Below are positions 54,791 through 63,252 of a stretch of DNA of 64,000 nucleotides, in pieces. The stretch spans positions 18,451 through 82,450 of the forward strand of contig DASPNQ010000007.1 in the NCBI GenBank assembly GCA_035626435.1, written 5' to 3'. The stretch comes from Vicinamibacterales bacterium (GTDB lineage: Bacteria; Acidobacteriota; Vicinamibacteria; Vicinamibacterales; UBA2999). The notes under the pieces were generated by a model, which was not told the DNA's origin, did no database searches, and saw only the letters and a list, made by a program, of their open reading frames with translations. Position numbers and translations under genes: made by a program. Numbering within the stretch: position 1 is the first letter of the stretch; the number at the start of each line of letters is the position of its first letter.

Positions 54791-54823
54791 GGGACGTTGG
54801 AGCGCGAGCCCTCGCCCCGCGCC

Positions 54824-55204
54824 CTACTCGATCGTGCGTGATGCGAGAGACTCGTGCAGTCTATAAAGCATCGCGCCCACGCGATCACTCGTCGCGAGCA
54901 GATGGGAGCAGGTAGCTTCGTCCATTAGCGCGTTACGCCGGGCAATTTCGATGTGAGTTTCCAATTCGCCTTGAGAGCCCATCGCGATGGACACGTGGTT
55001 CTGATATGCCGATGTGCGCTTCTTTCGTCGATAGCCCTCCGCCACATTCGACGGAATTGACGCAGCGGCACGACGAATTTGCCGCCGGAGATCGAAATCG
55101 GCGCGCGGCAGCTGCCTTGTCGATACGTAAACCAAATCTACAAGATCCATAGAGACCTGCCACACCTCAAGATCGCGGAATGAGCTCGGCGTCGCTGCAC
55201 ACAT
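54824..55204 (-). CDS. Four-helix-bundle protein (23S rRNA intervening-sequence protein / TIGR02436 family)
   Basis: Contains FRDLEVWQVSMDLVDLVY, LRRQIRRAAASIPSNVAEGYRR and ..SIAMGSQGELETHIEIARR, the typical family signature. Confidence 0.85.
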   Translation of the reverse strand: MCAATPSSFRDLEVWQVSMDLVDLVYVSTRQLPRADFDLRRQIRRAAASIPSNVAEGYRRKKRTSAYQNHVSIAMGSQGELETHIEIARRNALMDEATCSHLLATSDRVGAMLYRLHESLASRTIE

Positions 55205-55390
55205 GCGAGCGTTTTGTGCAGATGTTGTGCCTGGCGGAATCGTTGCGATATGCGCCGCGAGCCGGCGCCGCTGTAAACAACAGTTGCATACGCGCGAATT
55301 TCCCGCCGGGAATCTCTGCTACTTCCGTTTGCGTGATGCAACTGGAGTGGCACTGTGTTGGGTGGCTGCGAATGGCTTGGGCGCCCAACG

Positions 55391-55432
55391 CCCTCGCGCC
55401 CGGCTCCCAGCTCCCGGTTCCCCGTTCCGGGG
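55391..55432 (-). repeat. GGGAGCC-type G-tract repeat directly after the stop of the small Cys protein gene
   Basis: The minus (sense) strand reads CCCCGGAACGGGGAACCGGGAGCTGGGAGCCGGGCGCGAGGG, starting 4 nt after the stop at 55436-55438. Its orientation is inverted relative to the 54571 array. Confidence 0.85.
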
Positions 55433-55435
55433 TCG

Positions 55436-55675
55436 TTACTTCTCCTGCATCCGGCCGCGCAGCCCGCCGAGATCGAACACTCCCGATCGATCGCCGGCCT
55501 TGAGGTAATCGGCCAGGCACTTGCGCGAGCAGAACAGGCCGGCATCTTCGAGCTGATCGCTGTGAGTCATGCCGTCCGGATCTGCCGGCAGCATTTTGTG
55601 GCGCCGCAATTCGAACGTGTCGAACGGCTGATTCTTGGGGAAGGACTCCGCGCACTGTTTGCAACGCATGCTCAT
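55436..55675 (-). CDS. Small Cys4 (zinc-ribbon-like) protein, unknown function
   Basis: 79 aa with CKQC ... CSRKC pairs. It starts 6 nt after the upstream gene stop. Confidence 0.45.
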   Translation of the reverse strand: MSMRCKQCAESFPKNQPFDTFELRRHKMLPADPDGMTHSDQLEDAGLFCSRKCLADYLKAGDRSGVFDLGGLRGRMQEK

Positions 55676-55681
55676 CGTGGC

Positions 55682-57400
55682 CTACCTGGTTGCCGAGAGT
55701 TTAACGTCAACGGCCTTGGATTCGCCGTCGCCAATCTCGAGCCTCGCCGCCGACTCCCTGATTGCCGCCAGGAATTCAGCGTCGCCGGCCTGCCCGTCTT
55801 CGAGACCTTGCACAGCAACGATGTAGTAGGTCGCTGTTGGTAGCGCGGACAGGCGATAGCGTCCCTCCTGATCCGGCCGCGCCGCCTTGATGAATCGCGA
55901 CTGATACGTCCACAACTGTTCGTTGGTCGGAAAGACGACGACGGCTGCGTCGAGTACTGGATTGCCCTTCGAGTCCGTTACCAGCCCGCTGAGCGAGGTC
56001 ACCTTTTTCGTCAGAACAATCTGCGCGCCCGAGATGATTTGACCCGCGGGAAACTCTGACGGCGTATCCGTAATGTCCTGTCCTGCGACGATAACGGCCT
56101 TCATCGTCCAGCCTGGCGGCGTCGTCGCGCGCACCAGCGCGAAATCGCTCACGTTGCGCAACGCAAAAGACCAGTCGGCGGCAACGCGGGCTGTCGTCGC
56201 AGGTCCGCCCGGACCTCCGAACGCATCGGGTGATCCCGGCCGCAATCCGATCTGCAACTGCTCGGGACGGAAGTCGAACGGTTCGCCGGTATCGCTCACC
56301 ACAGTGCCGGTGATCGTCGCCGGCCGCGCCGCCACCAGCGTCAGACCGTCCACGTCGTCGTTGCCGACCGAAAGATCCATGCGTGCGAGTTCGAATTCGC
56401 GGCCGCCAACAACCGCGCGGACCTGATAACGGCCGGGGGCGACGTTGCTGACCCGGAATGCGCCGGTGCGGTCGATGCGGTTGCCGGCGCTGCCTTGCGG
56501 CATCGCCATCGCTGAACGGCCCCCGGCGGCAGGCACCAGCATCACTGTTCCACCGGTCGCCGGCGCGCCATCCGAGCCGAGGACCTGACCGCTCACGCGT
56601 ACGAGCCTGGTGGCGATCAATCCGAAATTGATGCCGGTGTTTTCCTGCGACACGCTCAGCATGATGCGTGCTGCTTCGGCGACGTTGGTGGTGCCGGGAA
56701 AGTAGGTCGCCGCATACCCCGAGGCTTCACCGGCGGGATCCGTAATTTCAGGACCGCCGGAACGCAGTGTCGCGCTGACGTAGTACTCGCCTGGCGGCAG
56801 ACCGAAGAGACGGAAGTGGCCCTGATCGTCGGTGGTGTCCCGGCTGTTCTGACCGGCCGGCGTCAAGCGGCGCACGCCGGCGGCGTAGGCATAGCGCCAC
56901 GCGCTGACGCTCGCGTTGGCGACGGGTTCACCGAATTCGTCGGTGATGCGGCCGCCGAGGACGCTGCCGCGCGGCAGCGCAATCGTGATCTTGTCGATGG
57001 TTTGCGCGTCCGCCAGTTCAATCGGCGTGCCTGACTCGGATGGGCGGCGCTGACCGTACTGCAACGCCACGAATCCGCCCTTGCTAGCGGTCACGGTGTA
57101 GCGACCGGCCGGCAACTCCCTGATCTCGAACCGCCCCTGCACGTCCGTCGTCGCGACACGTGATTCGCGCGCATCGGGCGACGACAGCCGCACCTGCGCG
57201 CGGCGGATCGGCGACCCATTGTCAACCGCGATGATCTGGCCGCGAAGCACGGCGGTGCCTCTCGGTGTGTCGACGCGCTCTGATTGCGCACGCATCGGGC
57301 GCTGTCCGCGCCCGGCCGCACCTTGCGGTGGTGCGGTCTGGGCCATAGCCAGGGACAGGAATGAACAGACCAGCAGGACGCACAACGCGACGTATTTCAT
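55682..57400 (-). CDS. Secreted multi-repeat carboxypeptidase-regulatory-like (CarboxypepD_reg) protein
   Basis: Signal peptide MKYVALCVLLVCSFLSLAMA. Repeated G.V.D..G.P...A.V....(G.Y.V.A) modules, for example TDVQGRFEIRELPAGRYTVTASKGGF. Confidence 0.75.
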   Translation of the reverse strand: MKYVALCVLLVCSFLSLAMAQTAPPQGAAGRGQRPMRAQSERVDTPRGTAVLRGQIIAVDNGSPIRRAQVRLSSPDARESRVATTDVQGRFEIRELPAGRYTVTASKGGFVALQYGQRRPSESGTPIELADAQTIDKITIALPRGSVLGGRITDEFGEPVANASVSAWRYAYAAGVRRLTPAGQNSRDTTDDQGHFRLFGLPPGEYYVSATLRSGGPEITDPAGEASGYAATYFPGTTNVAEAARIMLSVSQENTGINFGLIATRLVRVSGQVLGSDGAPATGGTVMLVPAAGGRSAMAMPQGSAGNRIDRTGAFRVSNVAPGRYQVRAVVGGREFELARMDLSVGNDDVDGLTLVAARPATITGTVVSDTGEPFDFRPEQLQIGLRPGSPDAFGGPGGPATTARVAADWSFALRNVSDFALVRATTPPGWTMKAVIVAGQDITDTPSEFPAGQIISGAQIVLTKKVTSLSGLVTDSKGNPVLDAAVVVFPTNEQLWTYQSRFIKAARPDQEGRYRLSALPTATYYIVAVQGLEDGQAGDAEFLAAIRESAARLEIGDGESKAVDVKLSATR

Positions 57401-57525
57401 CGGGCTACTTCCTCAATTCGTGCGGTCGATATTGCCGTCGGCTGGCGCGGTCATCAGCCGGCGGGCGCGGAAACTGGTAGCGCCCGCAGCATAGTGTTAG
57501 ACGCCCGGCCGGCGACTTCGTTGTG

Positions 57526-59136
57526 TCAAGACAACTCGCGCGCGATCTCCCTCGCGGCGTTGATGCCGGATCCGCCGGTCAGTCCGGTCCCGGGGTGCGC
57601 GCCCGAGCTGCACAGGAATAGGCCCTTGATCGGGGTGCGGTACTGCCCAAAGCCCAGCAGCGGCCGCATCGCAAAAAACTGATCGAGCGACAGCTCGCCG
57701 TGGAAGATGTGGCCTCCGGTCAGGCCCCAGCCACGCTCGAGATCGAGCGGCGTGATCACCTGCCGTTCGACGATCAACGCTCCGAGGTCGGGCGCGTACT
57801 GCGATAGCGCGCGAATCACCGCATCGCCGAGCGCGTCCCGCGCCGCATCCCACCCGCCCGAGACCCGGGTGTCCGCATCGCCGTCGCTCGCCGGAGCCCG
57901 CAACCGGTACGGCGCGAACTGCGCATAGGCAGACAGGACATGCGCGCCTGGCGGCGCCAGGGATGGATCGCCAAGCGACGGAATCGTGAACTCGATCCAT
58001 GGTTCCGGCGAGAACCTGCCGTACTTCGCATGATCGAAAGCGCGCTCGAGGTAGTCGAGGTCCGGCGCCAGCCGGACGCGGCTGGCGAGCATTTCTCTCG
58101 ACGCGCCGGCGAAGGATGGCAACGATGACAGCGCGAGATTGACTTTCGCCAGCGTGCCGCGCGATCGGTAATGCTTCATGCGCCACAGAAATTCCGGCGG
58201 CAGGTGATCCGCCTCGCACAGTGTCAGGAAGGTGCGCCGGGGGTCGACACCCGACACGATCGCGCGTGCCTCGATGCGGGCGCCGCCGTCGAGCGTCACG
58301 CCGGTCGCCCGCTCGTCGTCGACGTCGATGCGTGTCACGTGACAACCGGTTCGGATCTCGACGCCGAAACGGTGTGCCGCCGCGGTCAGCGAGCGAGCCG
58401 CCGCCGCCGGACCGCCGCTGACGTGCCGGCCGGCGGGCCAGGCGAGCGCGCGGTTGGCGGCCGAGAGGAGCAGCTGTAATCCACTGCCTGCCGACCACGG
58501 TCCCAGCATCGATCCGAAAATGCCGTCGGCGGCGACCGTGGCGCGCAGCAGCTCCGTGTCGAACGCTTCGCCGACCAAATCGGCAACCGCCATCGGTCCC
58601 CATCGCAGCAGCCGCCATTGATCGTCCTTCGGCATCGCGCGGAAATCGCCGAGGACGTGCATCAAGGCAAAAACGTCGCGACCTGACGGCGCATCGACGG
58701 ACGGTGGCGTGCTGATGAATAGAGAGCCGATCAACGCGCCAAGCCGCTGCAGCGTCACCTGGAATGGCTGCCAACGCTGCGCATCGCGCGGCGACCAGGC
58801 GCGCAGAGCTTCGGCGGTCTTACGCGGATCGTCGTAGATCGCCAGCGCGCCGCCGTCGGGAGCCAGCGCGCTCATCTGGATCGAGGGATCGCTGAATTTC
58901 AGATCGTGCACATATAGCTGCAGCTCTTCGACGACGTCGCGCCGCAGCGGCCCGGTGGCGTGCGCGAGCACCGGGGCGCGGAACCCAGGCGAGATCTCCA
59001 TCTCCGCGGCGCATCCGCCAAGTTCGTCGCGTTGTTCGAGAAGCAGCGTGCGGGCACCACCGCGGGCCAGCATCGCCGCGCAGGTCAGGCCGTTGACTCC
59101 TCCACCTATGACGAGTGCGTCGAACTTCGCCGCCAT
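57526..59136 (-). CDS. FAD/NAD(P)-dependent oxidoreductase, phytoene-desaturase (CrtI-like) family
   Basis: FDALVIGGGVNGLTCAAMLARGGARTLLLEQRDELGG is a dinucleotide-binding motif. The C-terminus has GLFLCSSGAHPGTGLTG. Start ATG 59136 overlaps the upstream stop as TAATG. Confidence 0.8.
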   Translation of the reverse strand: MAAKFDALVIGGGVNGLTCAAMLARGGARTLLLEQRDELGGCAAEMEISPGFRAPVLAHATGPLRRDVVEELQLYVHDLKFSDPSIQMSALAPDGGALAIYDDPRKTAEALRAWSPRDAQRWQPFQVTLQRLGALIGSLFISTPPSVDAPSGRDVFALMHVLGDFRAMPKDDQWRLLRWGPMAVADLVGEAFDTELLRATVAADGIFGSMLGPWSAGSGLQLLLSAANRALAWPAGRHVSGGPAAAARSLTAAAHRFGVEIRTGCHVTRIDVDDERATGVTLDGGARIEARAIVSGVDPRRTFLTLCEADHLPPEFLWRMKHYRSRGTLAKVNLALSSLPSFAGASREMLASRVRLAPDLDYLERAFDHAKYGRFSPEPWIEFTIPSLGDPSLAPPGAHVLSAYAQFAPYRLRAPASDGDADTRVSGGWDAARDALGDAVIRALSQYAPDLGALIVERQVITPLDLERGWGLTGGHIFHGELSLDQFFAMRPLLGFGQYRTPIKGLFLCSSGAHPGTGLTGGSGINAAREIARELS

Positions 59137-60734
59137 TACCGAGAGGTCCTCAGGATGCGCTCGGCCGCGTTCTTGCCGGGCGCGCCCATGATGCCGCCCC
59201 CGGGATGCGTCGCCGATCCGCACATGTACAACCGATCGATCGGTGTCTGATACTGCGCCCAGCCCGGCACCGGCCGCAGGAAGAACAGCTGCTCGAGCGT
59301 CAGCTCGCCTTGAAAGATGTTGCCCTCGGTCAAACCGAAGTCACGCTCGATATCGAGCGGCGTCAACACCTGTTTGTGGAGGATGATGTCTTTGATATTT
59401 GGCGCGTACTCCGCGAGCGTGTTGATCACCGTGTCGCCGAACGCATCGCGCTGACTGTCCCACAACGACGGGTCTCTGGCGCCGGTGTTCGGGTCTCGCA
59501 GATCGTACGGCGCGTATTGGACAAAGCACGACATCACGTGTTTTCCAGGCGGCGCGACCGACGGATCGGTCAGCGACGGGATCACCATGTCGATGTACGG
59601 CCGCCGCGAGAACTGCCCGTACTTCGCATCGTCGTAGGCGCGCTCCATATAGTCGATGCTCGGTGAAATAGAGATGGCGCCTCGCAGGTGCGGGCCCGGG
59701 CCTGGTAGACACGTGAAATTCGGCAACGCATCGAGCGCGAGGTTGACTTTGCCCGACGAGCCGCGGAACTTGTAACGGCGCACGCCCTCGACGAACTCGC
59801 CAGGCAGGTCGCGCTCGTCCATGAATTTCAGGAACGTCACATGCGGATCGACGCTCGACACGACGATCTTCGCGGCAATCTCGTCGCCGTTGTCGAGCAC
59901 GACACCAGTCGCGCGGCCGTTGCGCGTCAGGATGCGCGCCACCGGCGCTTCCGTGCGGATGTCGACGCCAAACTCTCGTGCCGCCGCAGCGATGGCATTC
60001 GAGACCGCGCCGGTGCCGCCGCGCGACAGTCCCCACGATCGAAAGGCGCCGTCGATCTCGCCCATGTAGTGATGCAGCAGCACGTAGGCGGTTCCCGGCG
60101 ATCGCACGCCGAGAAACGTGCCAATGATGCCTGACGCCGACATCGTCGCTTTCAGCACATCCGTCTCGAACCACTGATCGAGGAAGTCGACGGCGCTCAT
60201 CGTCAACAGCTGCACCTGATTCACACGATCGTGAACCCGCATGCCGCGGAAACGCCGGCCGATGCCGAGCAATTCGAGCAGGCCGCGCGGATCGAGGGAG
60301 GTCGGGTCCGGCGGCAACATCGACAGGATCGGCTTCGCAAAGCGCCCCATCTCGACCATCGCCTTGCCGTATTCGTCGTACGCCTCGGCGTCGAGCCGAG
60401 AGTGCCGGGCGATTTCGCGCCGGGTCTTGTAGTGGTCGTTGACGCGCCAGAGGTAATCGCCGTTCGGCATCGGGGTCAGCGTACCGTCCAGCGGCAGCAG
60501 CTCCATGCCGTGGCGCGGCAAGTCGAGCTCGCGAATAATCTCCGGCCGCAGCAGCGAGACGACGTACGAGCAGACGGAGAACTTGAAGCCTGGGAACACC
60601 TCCTCCGTCACGGCGGCGCCGCCGAGCACGTGCCGGCGCTCGAGCACCAGCACCTTGCGCCCTGCGCGTGCCAGATACGCCGCGCACGTCAGCCCGTTGT
60701 GGCCGCCACCGATGACGATCGCGTCGTAGCGCAC
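59136..60734 (-). CDS. FAD/NAD(P)-dependent oxidoreductase, CrtI-like family (tandem paralogue)
   Basis: YDAIVIGGGHNGLTCAAYLARAGRKVLVLERRHVLGG; C-terminal RLYMCGSATHPGGGIMG. Start taken at GTG 60734, preceded by GGGGGA. ATG 60806 is possible. Confidence 0.8.
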   Translation of the reverse strand: MRYDAIVIGGGHNGLTCAAYLARAGRKVLVLERRHVLGGAAVTEEVFPGFKFSVCSYVVSLLRPEIIRELDLPRHGMELLPLDGTLTPMPNGDYLWRVNDHYKTRREIARHSRLDAEAYDEYGKAMVEMGRFAKPILSMLPPDPTSLDPRGLLELLGIGRRFRGMRVHDRVNQVQLLTMSAVDFLDQWFETDVLKATMSASGIIGTFLGVRSPGTAYVLLHHYMGEIDGAFRSWGLSRGGTGAVSNAIAAAAREFGVDIRTEAPVARILTRNGRATGVVLDNGDEIAAKIVVSSVDPHVTFLKFMDERDLPGEFVEGVRRYKFRGSSGKVNLALDALPNFTCLPGPGPHLRGAISISPSIDYMERAYDDAKYGQFSRRPYIDMVIPSLTDPSVAPPGKHVMSCFVQYAPYDLRDPNTGARDPSLWDSQRDAFGDTVINTLAEYAPNIKDIILHKQVLTPLDIERDFGLTEGNIFQGELTLEQLFFLRPVPGWAQYQTPIDRLYMCGSATHPGGGIMGAPGKNAAERILRTSR

Positions 60735-60787
60735 GGCGGAATTATCCCCCAAGCGTCCGGCGCCGAAGGCCGCAGTAATATTTCCCT

Positions 60788-61984
60788 GTGCCGGTCGGTT
60801 CCGCATTCCACACGCGCACGCTCGAGCTGTGCGAGAGCCTCAGCTATCGCGACTGGGCGGGCTACTACGCCGTGAGCGCGTTCGAGACCCATCACGAGCA
60901 CGAGTACAACGCGATCCGCAACGCCTGCGCCCTGATCGACATTTCACCGCTCTACAAGTACCGCATTGACGGTCCTGACGCGGTTCGGCTGGTGAACCGT
61001 GTGATCACCCGCGACGCGGCGAAGATGGCCGTGGGCCAGGTCTACTACACGCCATGGTGCGATGAGGATGGGAAGGTCATCGACGATGGCACCGTCACCC
61101 GCGTGGCCGATTGCGCCTTCCGATGGACGGCAGCGGATCCGACGCTGCGATGGCTCACTGAAAATTCAGCCGGCTTGAACGTCCGCATCGAAGATATCTC
61201 CGAGAGTGTGGCGGCGCTTGCCCTGCAGGGACCGACGTCAGCGCGCCTGCTGGGTGAGGTCTGCGACGCAGACCTGTCGCGACTCAAATACTTTCGCGCG
61301 ACCAGCGGTCATATCGCCGGCATACCGGTGGACATTTCCCGAACCGGCTACACCGGCGATCTGGGATACGAAATCTGGATGCCCTGGCAATCGGCGTTGC
61401 CGGTGTGGGACGCGATCGTCGCCGCCGGTGGCGCGTTCGACCTGCACCCGGCGGGAATGCTGGCCCTCGACATCGCCCGGATCGAGGCGGGCTTGCTGCT
61501 GATCGATGTCGATTTCCACAGCAGCCGCAAAGCTCTGATTGAACCGCAAAAGTATTCGCCGTACGAGCTTGGCCTGGCGCGGCTCGTCGATCTCAAGAAG
61601 GGGCCATTCATCGGCCGCGCCGCGCTCATGAACGAAGTGAAGCGCGGCATCGCGCGGCAGATCGTCGGACTCGAGATCGAATGGACCGAAGTCGAGAAGC
61701 TTTACGAAGCGGTCGGGCTGCCCCCGACCGCGCCGCCCGGGACATCCCGGGTTGCCGTACCGATTTACAAGGGCCGCACGCATGTCGGCAAAGCGACGTC
61801 GACGACGTGGTCGACGATGCTGAAGAAGCTGGTTGCGCTGGCGACGATTGACGCGCCGTATTACTCGTTGGGTACGAAACTGAAGATGGAAATCACGGTG
61901 GAAGCAGTCCGCTATCGCGCGACGGCCACCGTCGTGCCGACCCCGTTTTTCAACCCGTCGCGCAAGACCGCGTTACCCGCCTGA
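60788..61984 (+). CDS. Aminomethyltransferase (GcvT-fold, folate-binding) family protein
   Basis: Contains YNAIRNACALIDISPLYKYRIDGPDA, LALQGPTS, ISRTGYTGDLGYEIW and GGKLIGLE-like RQIVGLEIEW. GTG start. Confidence 0.8.
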   Translation: MPVGSAFHTRTLELCESLSYRDWAGYYAVSAFETHHEHEYNAIRNACALIDISPLYKYRIDGPDAVRLVNRVITRDAAKMAVGQVYYTPWCDEDGKVIDDGTVTRVADCAFRWTAADPTLRWLTENSAGLNVRIEDISESVAALALQGPTSARLLGEVCDADLSRLKYFRATSGHIAGIPVDISRTGYTGDLGYEIWMPWQSALPVWDAIVAAGGAFDLHPAGMLALDIARIEAGLLLIDVDFHSSRKALIEPQKYSPYELGLARLVDLKKGPFIGRAALMNEVKRGIARQIVGLEIEWTEVEKLYEAVGLPPTAPPGTSRVAVPIYKGRTHVGKATSTTWSTMLKKLVALATIDAPYYSLGTKLKMEITVEAVRYRATATVVPTPFFNPSRKTALPA

Positions 61985-62335
61985 GCGTGCGCGGCGCGCC
62001 GCCGCGAACGACTGCACGCCTTTGGCGACATAGACCAGCAGCAACACGCCCATCACGATCTGCGAAATGACCGCCGGGCGCGACACGCCGCCGCTGATCG
62101 CTGCCGGAACGGCACGGCCGAGCGCGGCAAGCGCGCCGATCAGGCCGAGCGCGACCGCGGCGTGCATCGCATGCTTGCGCGCGGCTTCGTTGCGCGCAAT
62201 CAACGCGCAAATTACCAGCGCGGCGCCGAAGAATGCGGGAATCATGGCCGTGATGCTGGTCCGACCGGTCACGACGTAGCTGGCGACGCCGAGCACGATG
62301 AGCAGAAGGCCAAACAAGCGAGTGGTTGCGGGCAT
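61973..62335 (-). CDS. Small 4-TM membrane protein, unknown function
   Basis: 120 aa with four hydrophobic helices. Its 3-prime end overlaps the convergent GcvT-like gene by 12 nt. Confidence 0.5.
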   Translation of the reverse strand: MPATTRLFGLLLIVLGVASYVVTGRTSITAMIPAFFGAALVICALIARNEAARKHAMHAAVALGLIGALAALGRAVPAAISGGVSRPAVISQIVMGVLLLVYVAKGVQSFAAARRARSGG

Positions 62336-62425
62336 GCCCGAATTCTACTTCGGTGTCGCGGACGCGACGGCGATCGAATTTCCACCGCGTGGCCGGCGCC
62401 GCGCGAAGAATAATACTGCGCAGCC

Positions 62426-63250
62426 ATGAAGATAGCGGTCATTCAGCAGCACGCGACCAGGGATAAGCAGGCCAACGTTGCGCGCGGCCTCGCGGCGCTC
62501 GAAACGGCGGCTCGCCACGGTGCCTCGGTCGCATGCTTTGCGGAACTGGCGTTCGAGTGGTTCTATCCGCAGCGGCCGGCCGGTGCGGGGGTGCGCGAGT
62601 TGGCGGAACCGCTTGACGGTCCAACCGTCACCGCGTTCCAGCGAAAAGCGCGGGAGCTCGGCATCGTGACCGCGATCAATCTCTACGAACGCGATGGCGA
62701 CGGCACCTACGACAGTTCCCCGGTGATCGACGCAGACGGGACGCTCCTCGGCGTGACGCGCATGATCCACATCACCGATTACCCGTGTTTCCACGAGCAG
62801 GGTTATTACACTCCGGGCGACACCGGCGCGCCTGTCTACCGGAGCAAAGCCGGCGCGATCGGCGTTGCGATCTGCTACGACCGGCATTTCCCGGAGTACA
62901 TGCGCGCACTCGCGCTCAACGGTGCCGACCTGGTGATCGTCCCGCAAGCGGGCGCCGTCGATGAATGGCCGGAAGGGTTATACGAGGCCGAGATGCGTGT
63001 CGCCGCGTTCCAGAACGGCTACTTTACGGCGCTGTGCAATCGCGTCGGGAAAGAGGAGTGCCTCGATTTTGCCGGCGAGTCGTTCGTCTGCGGACCCGAT
63101 GGTGCGGTGATCGCTCGCGGGCCGAAGATGGCGGACGCGATCGTCTACGCCGATCTCGACGTCGCGGCGTTGCCGCAGTCAAGTGCGCGCAGCCTGTTCA
63201 TGAAACACCGCAGGCCGGAGCTGTACGCCGGCTGGATTGCGAAAGCGTGA
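62426..63250 (+). CDS. Carbon-nitrogen hydrolase (nitrilase superfamily)
   Basis: Contains MKIAVIQQ..., CFAELAF (catalytic Glu region) and GVAICYDRHFPE (Cys nucleophile). Confidence 0.85.
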   Translation: MKIAVIQQHATRDKQANVARGLAALETAARHGASVACFAELAFEWFYPQRPAGAGVRELAEPLDGPTVTAFQRKARELGIVTAINLYERDGDGTYDSSPVIDADGTLLGVTRMIHITDYPCFHEQGYYTPGDTGAPVYRSKAGAIGVAICYDRHFPEYMRALALNGADLVIVPQAGAVDEWPEGLYEAEMRVAAFQNGYFTALCNRVGKEECLDFAGESFVCGPDGAVIARGPKMADAIVYADLDVAALPQSSARSLFMKHRRPELYAGWIAKA

Positions 63251-63252
63251 AT

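Noticed and set aside
54408-54866. 152-aa plus-strand ORF across the G-tract array
   Set aside because: Its sequence is just the translation of the GGGAGCC repeats (EPGAGSREPG…). It overlaps the end of the GNAT gene and the four-helix-bundle gene, and it has no ribosome-binding site.
57497-60687. 425-aa and 448-aa minus-strand ORFs (57497..58774 and 59341..60687) in alternative frames of the CrtI-like genes
   Set aside because: They are same-strand, out-of-frame Arg/Pro-rich products. The annotated frames carry GxGxxG FAD motifs and family-typical C-termini.
60735-60787. Glycine riboswitch upstream of the GcvT-like gene
   Set aside because: The divergent spacer is only about 50 bp, too short for a glycine aptamer. 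No conserved core is seen.
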